Source: Phormidium sp.
GTDB lineage: Bacteria > Cyanobacteriota > Cyanobacteriia > Cyanobacteriales > Aerosakkonemataceae
Reading direction: 5' to 3'
Assembly (NCBI GenBank): GCA_051013385.1
Contig: CP143273.1
Coordinates: forward strand, 1,632,001 to 1,696,000
DNA length: 64,000 nucleotides
The notes below the pieces were generated by a model. That model was given only the letters and a program-made list of their open reading frames with translations, was not told the origin of the DNA and did no database searches. Below are positions 39,681-49,834 of the stretch, piece after piece. Every line of letters begins with the position of its first letter. Position 1 is the first letter of the stretch. Position numbers and translations under genes: made by a program.

Positions 39681-39941
39681 TGCTTACTTCCGACGCTCAC
39701 TTTCCAGAATATACCGCTTTCCTCGACTTTTATCTTAATTTTTTTATATTTAGTAAATAGGTTTTACTGATCAGTAATTGGTAGTCGGTAGATTTGTAGG
39801 GGCGAAGCATTCCGGTAATAATTGGTTGGTTGAACCCAAATATATCTGCCGGAATACTCCGCCCCTACTCAAGGATTCTCTGGCATTTGTCAAGTAGAAA
39901 TTGGCAGAATAAAGTAGTAGGAAATTTACGAAAGTATATTT

Positions 39942-41288
39942 ATGACGCTCGATCGCACTCTTCCCGATGGGCCAAAAATGCCCGTATTTCTCCGCCTCCT
40001 CAAGTTTGTTACTCGCCCAATAGATTATGTGGAAGACTTTGCCAAAATTTATGGCGATTCCTTCACTGTCGGAGGAAGAAATACTCCCCTGGTTTACTTC
40101 AGCCAACCCGAAGCACTGCAAACAATTTTTGCGGCTGATGCTAATCATTTAGAGGCGGGTGGGGGAAACACTGGTTTATCATTTCTGTTAGGAACCAACT
40201 CGTTATTAGCTTTAGAGGGCGATCGTCATCAGCGCGAACGTCAACTTTTAACGCCTCCATTTCACGGCGAAAGAATGCGAAATTATGGTCAAACTATTGA
40301 GGAGATTACCCAACAGGTAATCGCTCAATGGAAAGTTGGCAAATCTTTTAATGTTCGTGAGTCAATGCAAGAAATTTCCCTGCGCGTAATCTTGCGAGTT
40401 GTGTTCGGTTTAGATGAAGGAGGAAATTTACAACAACTGCGACAAAAAATCAGTTCATTGTTAGAATTTCTCGGTTCTCCCTTGTTATCTTTCGCCTTAT
40501 TTTTTGGCTTTCTCCAAAAAGATTTAGGTGCTTGGAGTCCTTGGGGTTGGGCATTGCGCCAAATCAAAGAAATTGACGACATTGTTTATGCTTTAATCAG
40601 GGAACGTCGAGCCGAAAACAACTCAAATCGCCAAGATATTCTCAGTTTAATGATGTCAGCGCGTGATGAAAATAATCAACCAATGACTGATGTGGAATTA
40701 CGGGATGAATTAATGACATTATTAATTGCGGGACATGAAACTACTGCTTCCGCATTAACTTGGGCGTTGTATTGGATCGATCGCTTACCCAAAGTCCGAG
40801 AAAAGCTGGTAAATGAATTAGAAACTTTAGGAGAAAACCCAGATCCAACTATTATTGCCAGATTGCCTTATTTAACAGCACTCTGTCAAGAAACACTGCG
40901 AATTTATCCCATTGTTATGAATGGCTTTCCCCGTCGCGTAAAAACTCCGATCGAAATTATGGGTTATAAATTAGAAACTGGAACAGTAATTATTCCCAGC
41001 ATTTATTTAGCTCATCACCGAGAAGAAGTTTACCCCCAACCAAAGGAATTTAAACCAGAACGCTTTTTAGAAAAGCAGTTTTCACCTTATGAATATTTGC
41101 CCTTTGGTGGAGGAACTCGACGTTGTATTGGTATGGCTTTTGCTCAGTATGAAATGAAGTTAGCTTTAGCAACAATTCTGTCACGTTTTCAAGTTTCTTT
41201 AGTTAATAAACGCCCAGTGCGCCCAGTGCGTCGAGGCTTAACTTTAGCAGCACCCGCAGGAATGCGAATGGTAGCAAATTTGATTTAG
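39942..41288 (+). CDS. cytochrome P450 (CYP110-like)
   Basis: Motifs AGHETT, ETLR, PERF and PFGGGTRRCIG. Confidence 0.95.
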   Translation: MTLDRTLPDGPKMPVFLRLLKFVTRPIDYVEDFAKIYGDSFTVGGRNTPLVYFSQPEALQTIFAADANHLEAGGGNTGLSFLLGTNSLLALEGDRHQRERQLLTPPFHGERMRNYGQTIEEITQQVIAQWKVGKSFNVRESMQEISLRVILRVVFGLDEGGNLQQLRQKISSLLEFLGSPLLSFALFFGFLQKDLGAWSPWGWALRQIKEIDDIVYALIRERRAENNSNRQDILSLMMSARDENNQPMTDVELRDELMTLLIAGHETTASALTWALYWIDRLPKVREKLVNELETLGENPDPTIIARLPYLTALCQETLRIYPIVMNGFPRRVKTPIEIMGYKLETGTVIIPSIYLAHHREEVYPQPKEFKPERFLEKQFSPYEYLPFGGGTRRCIGMAFAQYEMKLALATILSRFQVSLVNKRPVRPVRRGLTLAAPAGMRMVANLI

Positions 41289-41293
41289 AATGG

Positions 41294-41360
41294 GTACGTT
41301 GTTGCGCTTCAGCGCTCTTATTACTAATCTTGATAAGAGCGCTAAAGCGCAACAACGTAC
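41294..41360. repeat. REPIN-like inverted pair between convergent genes
   Basis: GTACGTTGTTGCGCTTCAGCGCTCTTAT...ATAAGAGCGCTAAAGCGCAACAACGTAC. Confidence 0.8.
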
Positions 41361-41372
41361 TAATCTTAATCT

Positions 41373-42542
41373 TTAACGGAGTTGGCTCAAAAGTAAAGTT
41401 CCGGGTACTGCTTTTTTAATCCAATTTGTCACTAGAATTTGGTCAGATGTAAAAGTTTCTAATTCTTCGCCGTTTATGTTACGAAAGACAGTTTCAGGCG
41501 GGATTTTAATCTCTTCACCTGTGGGCATAATCATGTTTTGAATTTGGGACACATCGAAAGGGCGGAGAGTTTGAAAAACTACATATTTGCCGCTTTCTCC
41601 GGTTAACACTTCGGCTAAACAATTTTGATTTCGGTAATCTGCTACTTTCGATTTCATTCTGGGGAAAAGTGCCGTAGTCCGATTTGCTTTAAAAAATGGG
41701 GCGCGAGTTTCTCTAAACCAATTTAATCGTAAAGTTGCCGGATTTTCGATAATTTTGCGGCAAATATTATCGATATCAACTGCGACATCGCCATTTTTTT
41801 CTAAATGTCTTAAGTCTAATCTTACTGTATGTAATCCTGCTGATTCCAATCCCTCCAATTTATCCAAAATAAACTGGTCTTTGTCCAAAAACATGAAAGT
41901 TCCATGTATAGTTTCTAATGTGGGAAAATGCCGATTCGGTGCATCTTCAAAAGCAGCAGTAGCTTCTAAATAAAGCGTTGAATTTAAATCTTCCTCCACT
42001 GCTAAAGGTTCAGCTAGTAGCGATCGCGGCGAGTAAAATAGTAAAATTTGCCCAACACCTAGTAATTCGCAAGCTACAGGAAGTTTTTGGCAATATTCCA
42101 TTAGCTTTTCTTCGGGGAGTTCGATCGACAATATCAATCTCTCCAAACTTTCACCAAAAATTTCGCACCACCCAAGCAAAGATTCAAAGTTATGATTCCC
42201 CGTTTCTACAATTAACTGTAACGGAATTTTTGGAAAGTGAATTTTCAACCAATAAGCAACACCCGGATCGCCAACGCGAATCGCTGCAAATTGACTCAAA
42301 TCCCAACTTTTTAACCTTTCACAAACATCATTCATTACCCGTTCTGGCATCAGGATATCCCAAACTAAAACCTGGCGCAATCCTCGTTTTAAAGCTTCTC
42401 CAGCTAAAGTTTTTACCTGATTTTCTGTGAGTTTTCCCTGACGTGCTAATAATATCGGTTCTAATAACACTTCCTGTAAATTAGGAGCATTAACGCACCG
42501 TTCTAAATCGGGAATTGATGAAACAAAAGTATTAAATTGCAT
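41373..42542 (-). CDS. divergent peptidase U32-family protein (TrhP1/YrrN-like partner)
   Basis: Motifs VGDPG, LILSIEL, LFYSPRSLL and HGTFMF; overlaps the upstream U32 gene. Confidence 0.55.
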   Translation of the reverse strand: MQFNTFVSSIPDLERCVNAPNLQEVLLEPILLARQGKLTENQVKTLAGEALKRGLRQVLVWDILMPERVMNDVCERLKSWDLSQFAAIRVGDPGVAYWLKIHFPKIPLQLIVETGNHNFESLLGWCEIFGESLERLILSIELPEEKLMEYCQKLPVACELLGVGQILLFYSPRSLLAEPLAVEEDLNSTLYLEATAAFEDAPNRHFPTLETIHGTFMFLDKDQFILDKLEGLESAGLHTVRLDLRHLEKNGDVAVDIDNICRKIIENPATLRLNWFRETRAPFFKANRTTALFPRMKSKVADYRNQNCLAEVLTGESGKYVVFQTLRPFDVSQIQNMIMPTGEEIKIPPETVFRNINGEELETFTSDQILVTNWIKKAVPGTLLLSQLR

Positions 42543-43761
42543 TGGCGACTTCTTTAACTGCTGATTTGAATCGAACTACATTGTATTTGGCAATATTTGC
42601 TGCTTTTGTTGCTGCGGGAAATTTGGGAATTCGTGCAATACTATCTTGGCGCATAAATCTTACGCTTTCACCTGTGATGGAGAAAAGGCGATCGACCTTT
42701 CCCCGAATCGCCTCCCCTTGAAATGGGATAATCTCAATCTCTTCTCCTAATGCTAAAGGTTCCACAAGTTGCAATACAATTTCTTCAGGAGTGGTATCAA
42801 TAACCAAACCTAAATATTCGTAAGTTCCTGTATTTATCCCTGACAATTGTCCGAACACAGAATCTTTCCCTGCTGGCGTTTCTAAAGAACCAGAAAAATA
42901 ATCTCGATTAGGCACAGATTGCAGTTCTCGCGCCGCAACTTGCAACATTTCTGCGTTCAATGTTCCGGCTGCATAAGCATCAATTAATTGGCGATAAACC
43001 TTACAAGTCAAGCCAACATAAAAGGAAGATTTCATCCGCCCTTCGATTTTTAAAGAGCAAATTTGATGTTGAAAAAACTCTCCGATTTGATAGATTCCCC
43101 ACAAATCTCTAGAAGACATGAAACTTACTAAATCGTCCGATTTCTTCTCCTCAGTTTCTAAATGATAAGGTAATCGACAAGATTGAATACAGCCACCGCG
43201 ATTAGAATCTCGACCTGCGGTAAAATTAGAAATAGTGCAATGTCCAGAATAAGCCATACACATGGCACCGTGAGTAAACATTTCTACTTCAATCCCTGAT
43301 TTTTCTCGAATTGCGCCTGCTTCTGCGATCGTCAATTCTCGCCCCACAATTAACCGCTTAACGCCCATTTCTTTCCACAAAAGCCCAGCATAAGAATTGA
43401 GACAATAAGCTTGCGTCGATAAGTGAATATTTAAGTTTGAACTGTTACGAATAGCCCGAATTACACCCAGATCGGAAACAATAACAGCATCGACACCAAT
43501 AGATTCTAAAAATTGACAATATTCGGCTAATCCGACAAAATCAGAATCGTGAAGAAAGGCGTTTAGGGTAACATAAATTTTCGCCTTATGTTGATGAGCA
43601 AATACTACAGCTTGCTCTAATTCATAGTCAGTAAAATTATCAGCACGCGCCCGCAAGCCATAATTTTGCCCACCTAAATATACCGCATCTGCACCATAAG
43701 CAATGGCAACTTTGAGGCGTTCTAAATTTTTGGCTGGGGCTAGGAGTTCAGGTTTCGACAT
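42532..43761 (-). CDS. trhP: peptidase U32 family tRNA U34 hydroxylation protein (TrhP-like)
   Basis: Motifs PELLAPA, GADAVY, HGAMCMAYSGHC...NRGGCIQSCR and LKIEGR. Confidence 0.8.
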   Translation of the reverse strand: MSKPELLAPAKNLERLKVAIAYGADAVYLGGQNYGLRARADNFTDYELEQAVVFAHQHKAKIYVTLNAFLHDSDFVGLAEYCQFLESIGVDAVIVSDLGVIRAIRNSSNLNIHLSTQAYCLNSYAGLLWKEMGVKRLIVGRELTIAEAGAIREKSGIEVEMFTHGAMCMAYSGHCTISNFTAGRDSNRGGCIQSCRLPYHLETEEKKSDDLVSFMSSRDLWGIYQIGEFFQHQICSLKIEGRMKSSFYVGLTCKVYRQLIDAYAAGTLNAEMLQVAARELQSVPNRDYFSGSLETPAGKDSVFGQLSGINTGTYEYLGLVIDTTPEEIVLQLVEPLALGEEIEIIPFQGEAIRGKVDRLFSITGESVRFMRQDSIARIPKFPAATKAANIAKYNVVRFKSAVKEVANAI

Positions 43762-43924
43762 GGTATTCTTTAAGACGATCGCTCAACTTATCTTGATTTT
43801 ACTTACATTTTCTGGTTATCTGGGGAGAAATCTTCCTTGGGATATGGGAAAATCGAGTTAAATAGAGACAAAATATTGATCTTGAGAGTCAATCTAAAGT
43901 CTAAAATCTTCAATCTGAAATCGA

Positions 43925-46900
43925 ATGACTACAACTTTAACTAGCCAACCTTTATCCTTTGAACAAAGGCTGGATGCTGCACCAGTAACTCGCGTGATGT
44001 GGTTACTTTGGTTACTATCTGCGGGATTAATTGCCTTAGATGGTTTCGATTTTTTTATTATTGTGCGACTCGTTTAACCTAAATGAGTAGAATTACTCAG
44101 GGACGGTTAGCTTGGTTCCAAAAGAACCTTGACAACTTAATGGTCATGTAGGTGAGACAAGTATCCTAGAACGTCAAGCCCTATCGCGCAGAGTACAGCG
44201 CTGAAAGCATCACCCCTATTCTACTGAATAGTAACCAGTAGGGTAAAGCGGGGGGAAACGGCAGACCTCTTAGAACCGTACTAAGCTGACTGCCAAGCAG
44301 GTGTTTATGCGTAACGAAAGTGAAGGTGCGATTGAACCATCGATTAAGAAAAATGGGCAACGACGGTTAGATAGCCCAAGCCAAAAGGCAAGGATAAGGG
44401 ATTGGCGATTAATTTTTCGACCAATCTGTACTCCCAAACAAACCCGGTGGACAGCACCACGCTAACAACACGAACAATGACCATTAGGAACGAAGTAACC
44501 CCTATACATCTCTGAGGAGGTCGATACCTCAGAAGGTGCTAACCGGATGATGTATAAGGGCGGGATTGAGTCAGAAGCAAATGCTCTGGGTAATGCCAGA
44601 GATAGGCTGACAGACTCACAGTAATCCAAAAGATAAAGGTACAAGTAGCAATGAATAAGGCTAAAACGGAAACTGAATTTACCGTGGCATGGGACAACGA
44701 TATCCCCGTCTGTAAAGGTGTCAAACCCGCTATAAAAATGTGGCGAGAAATAGACTGGAAACAGGCGGAAAAGGTTGTATTTAAGTTGCAAAAGCGCATT
44801 TATCGAGCGAGTAACTGTGGTGATGTCAAAACAGTGCGAAGACTCCAGAAGACCCTGATTAGGTCTTGGTATGCAAGATTGCTGGCAACAAGAAAGGTCA
44901 CTCAGGACAACAAAGGTAAGAGGACGGCAGGAGTGGACGGGGAAAAATCCCTGACCCCGGCAGCACGTCTAGCACTAGCCAAGAGACTGAGATTAACCGG
45001 AAAATCCAAACCCACGCGGAGGGTCTGGATACCGAAACCGGGAACAGAAGAGAAAAGACCTTTAGGAATACCAACAATGTACGACCGCGCATTGCAAGCG
45101 CTAGTAAAACTAGCACTGGAACCAGAATGGGAAGCTCGATTTGAAGAGAACTCTTATGGATTCCGACCAGGGCGCTCATGTCACGATGCAATAGAAGCAA
45201 TATTCAATGCCGTCCGGTCAAAGTCTAAATATGTACTCGACGCAGATATTGCCAAATGCTTCGACAAGATTAACCAAGATAAGCTACTGGACAAGATTAG
45301 AACATACCCCACCTTAAGACAACAGCTTAGAGCGTGGCTTAAGGCGGGGGTACTGGATGGGAAACATCTGTTCCCCACCTTGGAGGGTACACCACAAGGG
45401 GGAATAATATCACCTCTACTGGCAAATATAGCCCTTCATGGAATGGAAAACAGGATAAAGCAATTTGCCGATACCTGGAAAGGCTCGAACAAGCGAGATA
45501 ATCGCCGAAGCATAAGCCTAATCCGTTACGCAGATGACTTCGTGATTCTGCACCATGACTTAGCCATCGTCCAGAAAGCCAAAGAAATAATCGAAGATTG
45601 GTTAAAAGACATGGGTCTAGAGCTTAAAGCCAGTAAAACCCGAATAACGCACACTTTTCATAGATATGAAGGTAACGTTGGGTTTGATTTCTTGGGATTC
45701 CATATTAGACAGCACGCAGTAGGGTCATACCGAAGCGCCAATAACCCCCACGGAATCAAGTTAGGATTTAAGACGCTAATCACCCCAAGCAAAGAATCTC
45801 AAAAGAACCATCAAAGAATCTTAGACGATATAGTAGACACCCACAAGAACGCACCTCAAAGTGCATTGATTAAGGAGTTAAACCCAGTCATCAGAGGGTG
45901 GGCAAACTACTATATGAACGTGGTAAGTAAGGAAATCTTTAGCAAAATGAACCACCTGCTTTACCTCAAACTAAGAAGATGGGCAAAGAGAAAAGGGAAA
46001 GGCACCATGAATAAAAATAAGTACTGGAGAGAAGGATGGTGCTTTAAAACTGAGGACGGATTTGAACTGGCAAACTACGCCAAAGTGAAAATAGAAAGAC
46101 ACATAAAAGTTCAAAACGACCGAAGCCCTTATGACGGAGATTGGGCGTATTGGGTTGAGAGAATGACAAACTACCCTGAAACACCGACAAGAGTAGCAAG
46201 ACTACTCAAAGTACAAAAGGGGAAATGTTCGCACTGTGGTTTGTATTTTCAGAGTACAGACCTTGTAGAAGTTGACCACATAAAACCAAGAATCGAAGGT
46301 GGAAAAGACACATACGAAAATCTACAACTTCTGCATAGACACTGCCACCAAGTAAAATCTGCAATCGAGCGGAAAACTCGTATCAATGACAACGATTGGA
46401 TTATTGAGGAGCCGGATGAAGCGAAAGTTTCACGTCCGGTTTTGTAGGAGAGGTAGGGGTAGTGATGCCCCTATCGACTCTAACGGTATCGCCTTACCAT
46501 TTCTTAAGCAAGACTTTAATTTAGGTTCGACGCAAGTTGGCGCTGTGGCGGTAGCTGCGATCGCAGGATCGCTAGTAGGAGCATTAACTTTAGGCCCAAT
46601 TACTGATAAAATTGGTCGCCAGTTAATGTTAATTATTGATATTGCAATTTTTGTGATTGCCACTGCTGGAACAGCATTTGCTTGGGATGCTACTTCACTA
46701 ATTATATTTCGTTTTTTGGTGGGCATTGGTATTGGTGCAGATTATCCAATTAGTGTTGCTTATATTACTGAAAACGTTCCTTCTCGACTACGAGGAAGAA
46801 TGGTAATTGGTGCTTTTAGTTTTCAAGCAGTTGGGGCACTTTTGGGCGCTGTAACTGGATTGATTACAATTCATGTGTTTCAAATAATTTATCCAGATTC

Positions 46901-47780
46901 CCTATTACCGACAATTCAATATGCGTGGCGTTGGATGTTAGGAGTGGGGTTAATATTAGCAATTATTGTGGCGATTTTGCGGTTTAGTTTCTTGTTAGAA
47001 AGTCCCCGTTATTACATTGCTAGGGGCGAATATCAAGAAGCTTCTGAGGCGGCAACTACTTTATTAAATGAACCGATCGCAATTACAAAAGAAACCGATC
47101 CACCAGCAAAAGAATCGACTCTTTCTTACAGTTCCTTATTTTCTCCTCAATTCCTTCGCAGCACAATTTTAGCTTCGGTTCCTTGGTTTTTGCAAGATAT
47201 TGCAACTTACGGAATTGGCATTTTTACCCCGACAATTATTGGGGTTTTAGCTTTTGAAAATGCTACCAGTTTTATTGAACGAGAAATCGCTTCAGCCAGA
47301 GGTTCTGCTTTTGTCGATCTGTTTTTAATTGCAGGTTTTTTGATTGCCGTATTTTTGATTGAAAAAGTAGGAAGAATTCGCTTACAAATTATTGGCTTTT
47401 GTGGCATGGCTGTGGGGCTTTTGGTGTTAGCAGCTTCTAATTTTCTCAACTCAAATAGTTTTTTGGATATAGCGATCGTCTTTCTCGGTTTTCTAATCTT
47501 TAATTTAACCATGAATGCAGGGCCAAATTCCACAACTTTTCTATTATCAGGAGAAGTTTTTCCCACTTCAATTCGCGCCAGTGGTGCTGGTTTTGCTGCC
47601 GCTTTCGCCAAAGCAGGAGCCGTTTTAGGTACTTTCGCTTTACCAATTTTACAAAAATCAATAGGAATCTCCATCTTGCTGTTTTTGTTGGCTATCTTTT
47701 GCCTATTAGCAGCAATAATTACCTATATGTTTCAAGTTGAAACTACTGGGAAATCACTGGAAGCAGTGAATCGATTTTAG
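43925..47780 (+). CDS. MFS transporter, spliced (exon 1 43925-44062, exon 2 46485-47780; 477 aa)
   Basis: Exons join in frame as LDGFDFFII|GIALP. Motifs DKIGR, GADYP, ESPR and EVFPTSIRA are present. Confidence 0.9.
44063..46484 (+). mobile_element. group II intron
   Basis: 5' GTGCG; domain V GAGCCGGATGAAGCGAAAGTTTCACGTCCGGTTT; domain VI ending CTCTAAC; EBS1 AATAGT (44227-44232) complements the exon end ATTATT. Confidence 0.92.
44651..46447 (+). CDS. ltrA: group II intron reverse transcriptase/maturase with HNH endonuclease
   Basis: Motifs RPLGIP, GFRPGRS, GTPQGG, YADD, GWANYY and EVDH...NLQLLHRHCH. Confidence 0.95.
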   Translation: MNKAKTETEFTVAWDNDIPVCKGVKPAIKMWREIDWKQAEKVVFKLQKRIYRASNCGDVKTVRRLQKTLIRSWYARLLATRKVTQDNKGKRTAGVDGEKSLTPAARLALAKRLRLTGKSKPTRRVWIPKPGTEEKRPLGIPTMYDRALQALVKLALEPEWEARFEENSYGFRPGRSCHDAIEAIFNAVRSKSKYVLDADIAKCFDKINQDKLLDKIRTYPTLRQQLRAWLKAGVLDGKHLFPTLEGTPQGGIISPLLANIALHGMENRIKQFADTWKGSNKRDNRRSISLIRYADDFVILHHDLAIVQKAKEIIEDWLKDMGLELKASKTRITHTFHRYEGNVGFDFLGFHIRQHAVGSYRSANNPHGIKLGFKTLITPSKESQKNHQRILDDIVDTHKNAPQSALIKELNPVIRGWANYYMNVVSKEIFSKMNHLLYLKLRRWAKRKGKGTMNKNKYWREGWCFKTEDGFELANYAKVKIERHIKVQNDRSPYDGDWAYWVERMTNYPETPTRVARLLKVQKGKCSHCGLYFQSTDLVEVDHIKPRIEGGKDTYENLQLLHRHCHQVKSAIERKTRINDNDWIIEEPDEAKVSRPVL

Positions 47781-47848
47781 ATTTTAAGCTACTCAGATCC
47801 CCGACTTCTTAAAGAAGTCGGGGATCTAGATTCAGTTATACTTGAAAT

Positions 47849-48295
47849 ATGCGAGTAATTCAGCGCACTTTTACCTCACTAACTCTGCGGGAACGCCCTA
47901 TTACCATTTGGGTTTTGAGCAGTTTTACCGCAACAATTGGACTGCTAATTTTTCTATCTTTTCATCCCCCTGTTGATTGGTTTGGATTCTTTTGCATCAT
48001 TTGTGCTAACTTTATGATGTTTGGTAGCCCGGAAAAGATTTGTTTATTTCATAAGTCGGACAATCGAGTTATTTTTAAACAAAAAGGATGGCTAGGAATC
48101 CAACATAGCTATTTTCCCATTACTAAAATTTCTTTAGTAGAAGTTGAACCCTTAAAATTATTTGGAATTCAGTTTTACAGATTAACTTTAAATTTATTTT
48201 CAGGAGAAAGGTTCTATTTAACTCCTATTCCCAGTACCGACAATCAACTATTAAACAATTTAGCTGACTCGATTCAAGAATTTATTAGGTATTGA
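47849..48295 (+). CDS. hypothetical membrane protein
   Basis: 148-aa ORF with two TM segments. Confidence 0.55.
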   Translation: MRVIQRTFTSLTLRERPITIWVLSSFTATIGLLIFLSFHPPVDWFGFFCIICANFMMFGSPEKICLFHKSDNRVIFKQKGWLGIQHSYFPITKISLVEVEPLKLFGIQFYRLTLNLFSGERFYLTPIPSTDNQLLNNLADSIQEFIRY

Positions 48296-48350
48296 AGAGA
48301 GAATAAATTAAACTATTAATTGGGAAACTAGTTTACATTAAAAATTCGCA

Positions 48351-48926
48351 ATGGGTGAAATTTTTTTCCTTTCTTTGATTTCGTTGCTGCTGTTTTTTGG
48401 GCCTGCGTTAGCTGCGATCGCAATTCGCCGTTCTCTATCAATTCCTTGGCAATTAGTTCTGCTACTCATTTGCATTTTGTACGCAGCTTTACCCATACTA
48501 ATAGCTTTAACCGGAGTGGATTTAGCAGAACGCAATGGTTGTACAGTAGATATTACCATCTATAAATGTCCGGGAAATCCCTCTTTAGGGGAAAGAATTA
48601 CACTAATGACTTTTGCTCATTGGCTGGCAATTATTACTATTCCCTCTGGGATTTTAGGTGCGATCGGAATACTGATTTATTCCACAATAAGATCTGCTAA
48701 ATTGCGAAAAGGAGAACAAACAACGGCAGCACCTTTTGCGATTTTTTACCGGAGTCGTCGTCATAAAGTAATAGCCGGAATTTGTAGTGCGATCGCCCAA
48801 AAAACCAATTTACCACTGTTAGCAGTAAGAATCGCTACCGTAATTTTAGCAATTGTTGCCCCTGGATTTGGCGCACCGTTATATATTTGGTTGTGGTTAG
48901 CTTTTCCCTTGGAATCAAACTCATGA
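48351..48926 (+). CDS. PspC domain-containing membrane protein
   Basis: C-terminal FYRSRRHKVIAGICSAIA...VRI...YIWLW. Confidence 0.75.
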   Translation: MGEIFFLSLISLLLFFGPALAAIAIRRSLSIPWQLVLLLICILYAALPILIALTGVDLAERNGCTVDITIYKCPGNPSLGERITLMTFAHWLAIITIPSGILGAIGILIYSTIRSAKLRKGEQTTAAPFAIFYRSRRHKVIAGICSAIAQKTNLPLLAVRIATVILAIVAPGFGAPLYIWLWLAFPLESNS

Positions 48927-49681
48927 AAGAAGAAATTTATCCTACCGAACTTTATCTTAGCCCTGAAAAAGATGAACTGTTTCAAAAAGAACCTTGGCCC
49001 AAACCTTTTGTTTTTAACGAGGATGTAGTCAAGGTTTTTGATAACATGATTTCTCGCTCAGTTCCTCTCTATCGAGAAGTTTTAGCCTGTGCTGCTCATT
49101 GGACTAAAGCTTACTACCAACCAGGAACTAAAATTATTGATATTGGCTGTTCTACAGGCACATTTTTAGAATTAATCGGGCGATTTTTACAGCAACCAGC
49201 TACATTAGTCGGGATTGATAATTCGCAACCAATGTTAGAAAAAGCTAGGGAAAAGTTGCTTCCAATTCAAGAAATACATCAAGTTGAATTAATTTGTAAT
49301 AGTGCGGAAAACTGCTCTTTTGAAAATAGCAGCGTGGTAATTATTAATTACACTTTACAGTTTTTACCTTTACAGGTGCGGCAAAAGTTACTGAAATCAA
49401 TCTATCAAGGTTTAGTTCCGGGTGGTTTGTTATTTTTGAGTGAAAAGGTGAAATCACCATTACCGCTATTCCAAGAAACAATTACCCGACATTACGAAGC
49501 TTTTAAGGCGTATAATGGCTATGCTCATACGGAAATTGAACGCAAAAAGGAAGCACTGGAAAATGTTTTAGTACCTTTGACGGAAACTGAGCAATTGCAA
49601 ATGTTAAAAGATAGTGGTTTTCAGCAGGTAGATTCTTTGATTAAACTGCATAATTTTCTTTCGTTGGTAGCACTTAAATAG
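48923..49681 (+). CDS. cmoA: carboxy-S-adenosyl-L-methionine synthase CmoA
   Basis: Motifs FVFNEDVVKVFDNMISRSVPLY, DIGCSTG, NYTLQF and EIERKKEALENVL. Confidence 0.9.
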   Translation: MKEEIYPTELYLSPEKDELFQKEPWPKPFVFNEDVVKVFDNMISRSVPLYREVLACAAHWTKAYYQPGTKIIDIGCSTGTFLELIGRFLQQPATLVGIDNSQPMLEKAREKLLPIQEIHQVELICNSAENCSFENSSVVIINYTLQFLPLQVRQKLLKSIYQGLVPGGLLFLSEKVKSPLPLFQETITRHYEAFKAYNGYAHTEIERKKEALENVLVPLTETEQLQMLKDSGFQQVDSLIKLHNFLSLVALK

Positions 49682-49834
49682 GAACGGGAATTACTAGGAC
49701 TTATGCACAATAAGTCAATAAACCCGGTTTTTCGTTACTACTTTTACGCTGAAATAACGGAATTACGTTAAAAAACCGGGTTTCTGCGTAAGTCCTACAA
49801 ATTTCGTTGGTAGCACTAAAATAGGAATTTTTTC

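Noticed and set aside
16777..46447. Diversity-generating retroelement (four-helix protein plus reverse transcriptase)
   Set aside because: The RT is a group II intron protein about 27 kb away, and no template/variable repeat pair was seen.
46386..46484. N-terminus of the 464-aa MFS ORF
   Set aside because: It is translated intron domains V-VI. The real N-terminus is exon 1 at 43925-44062.
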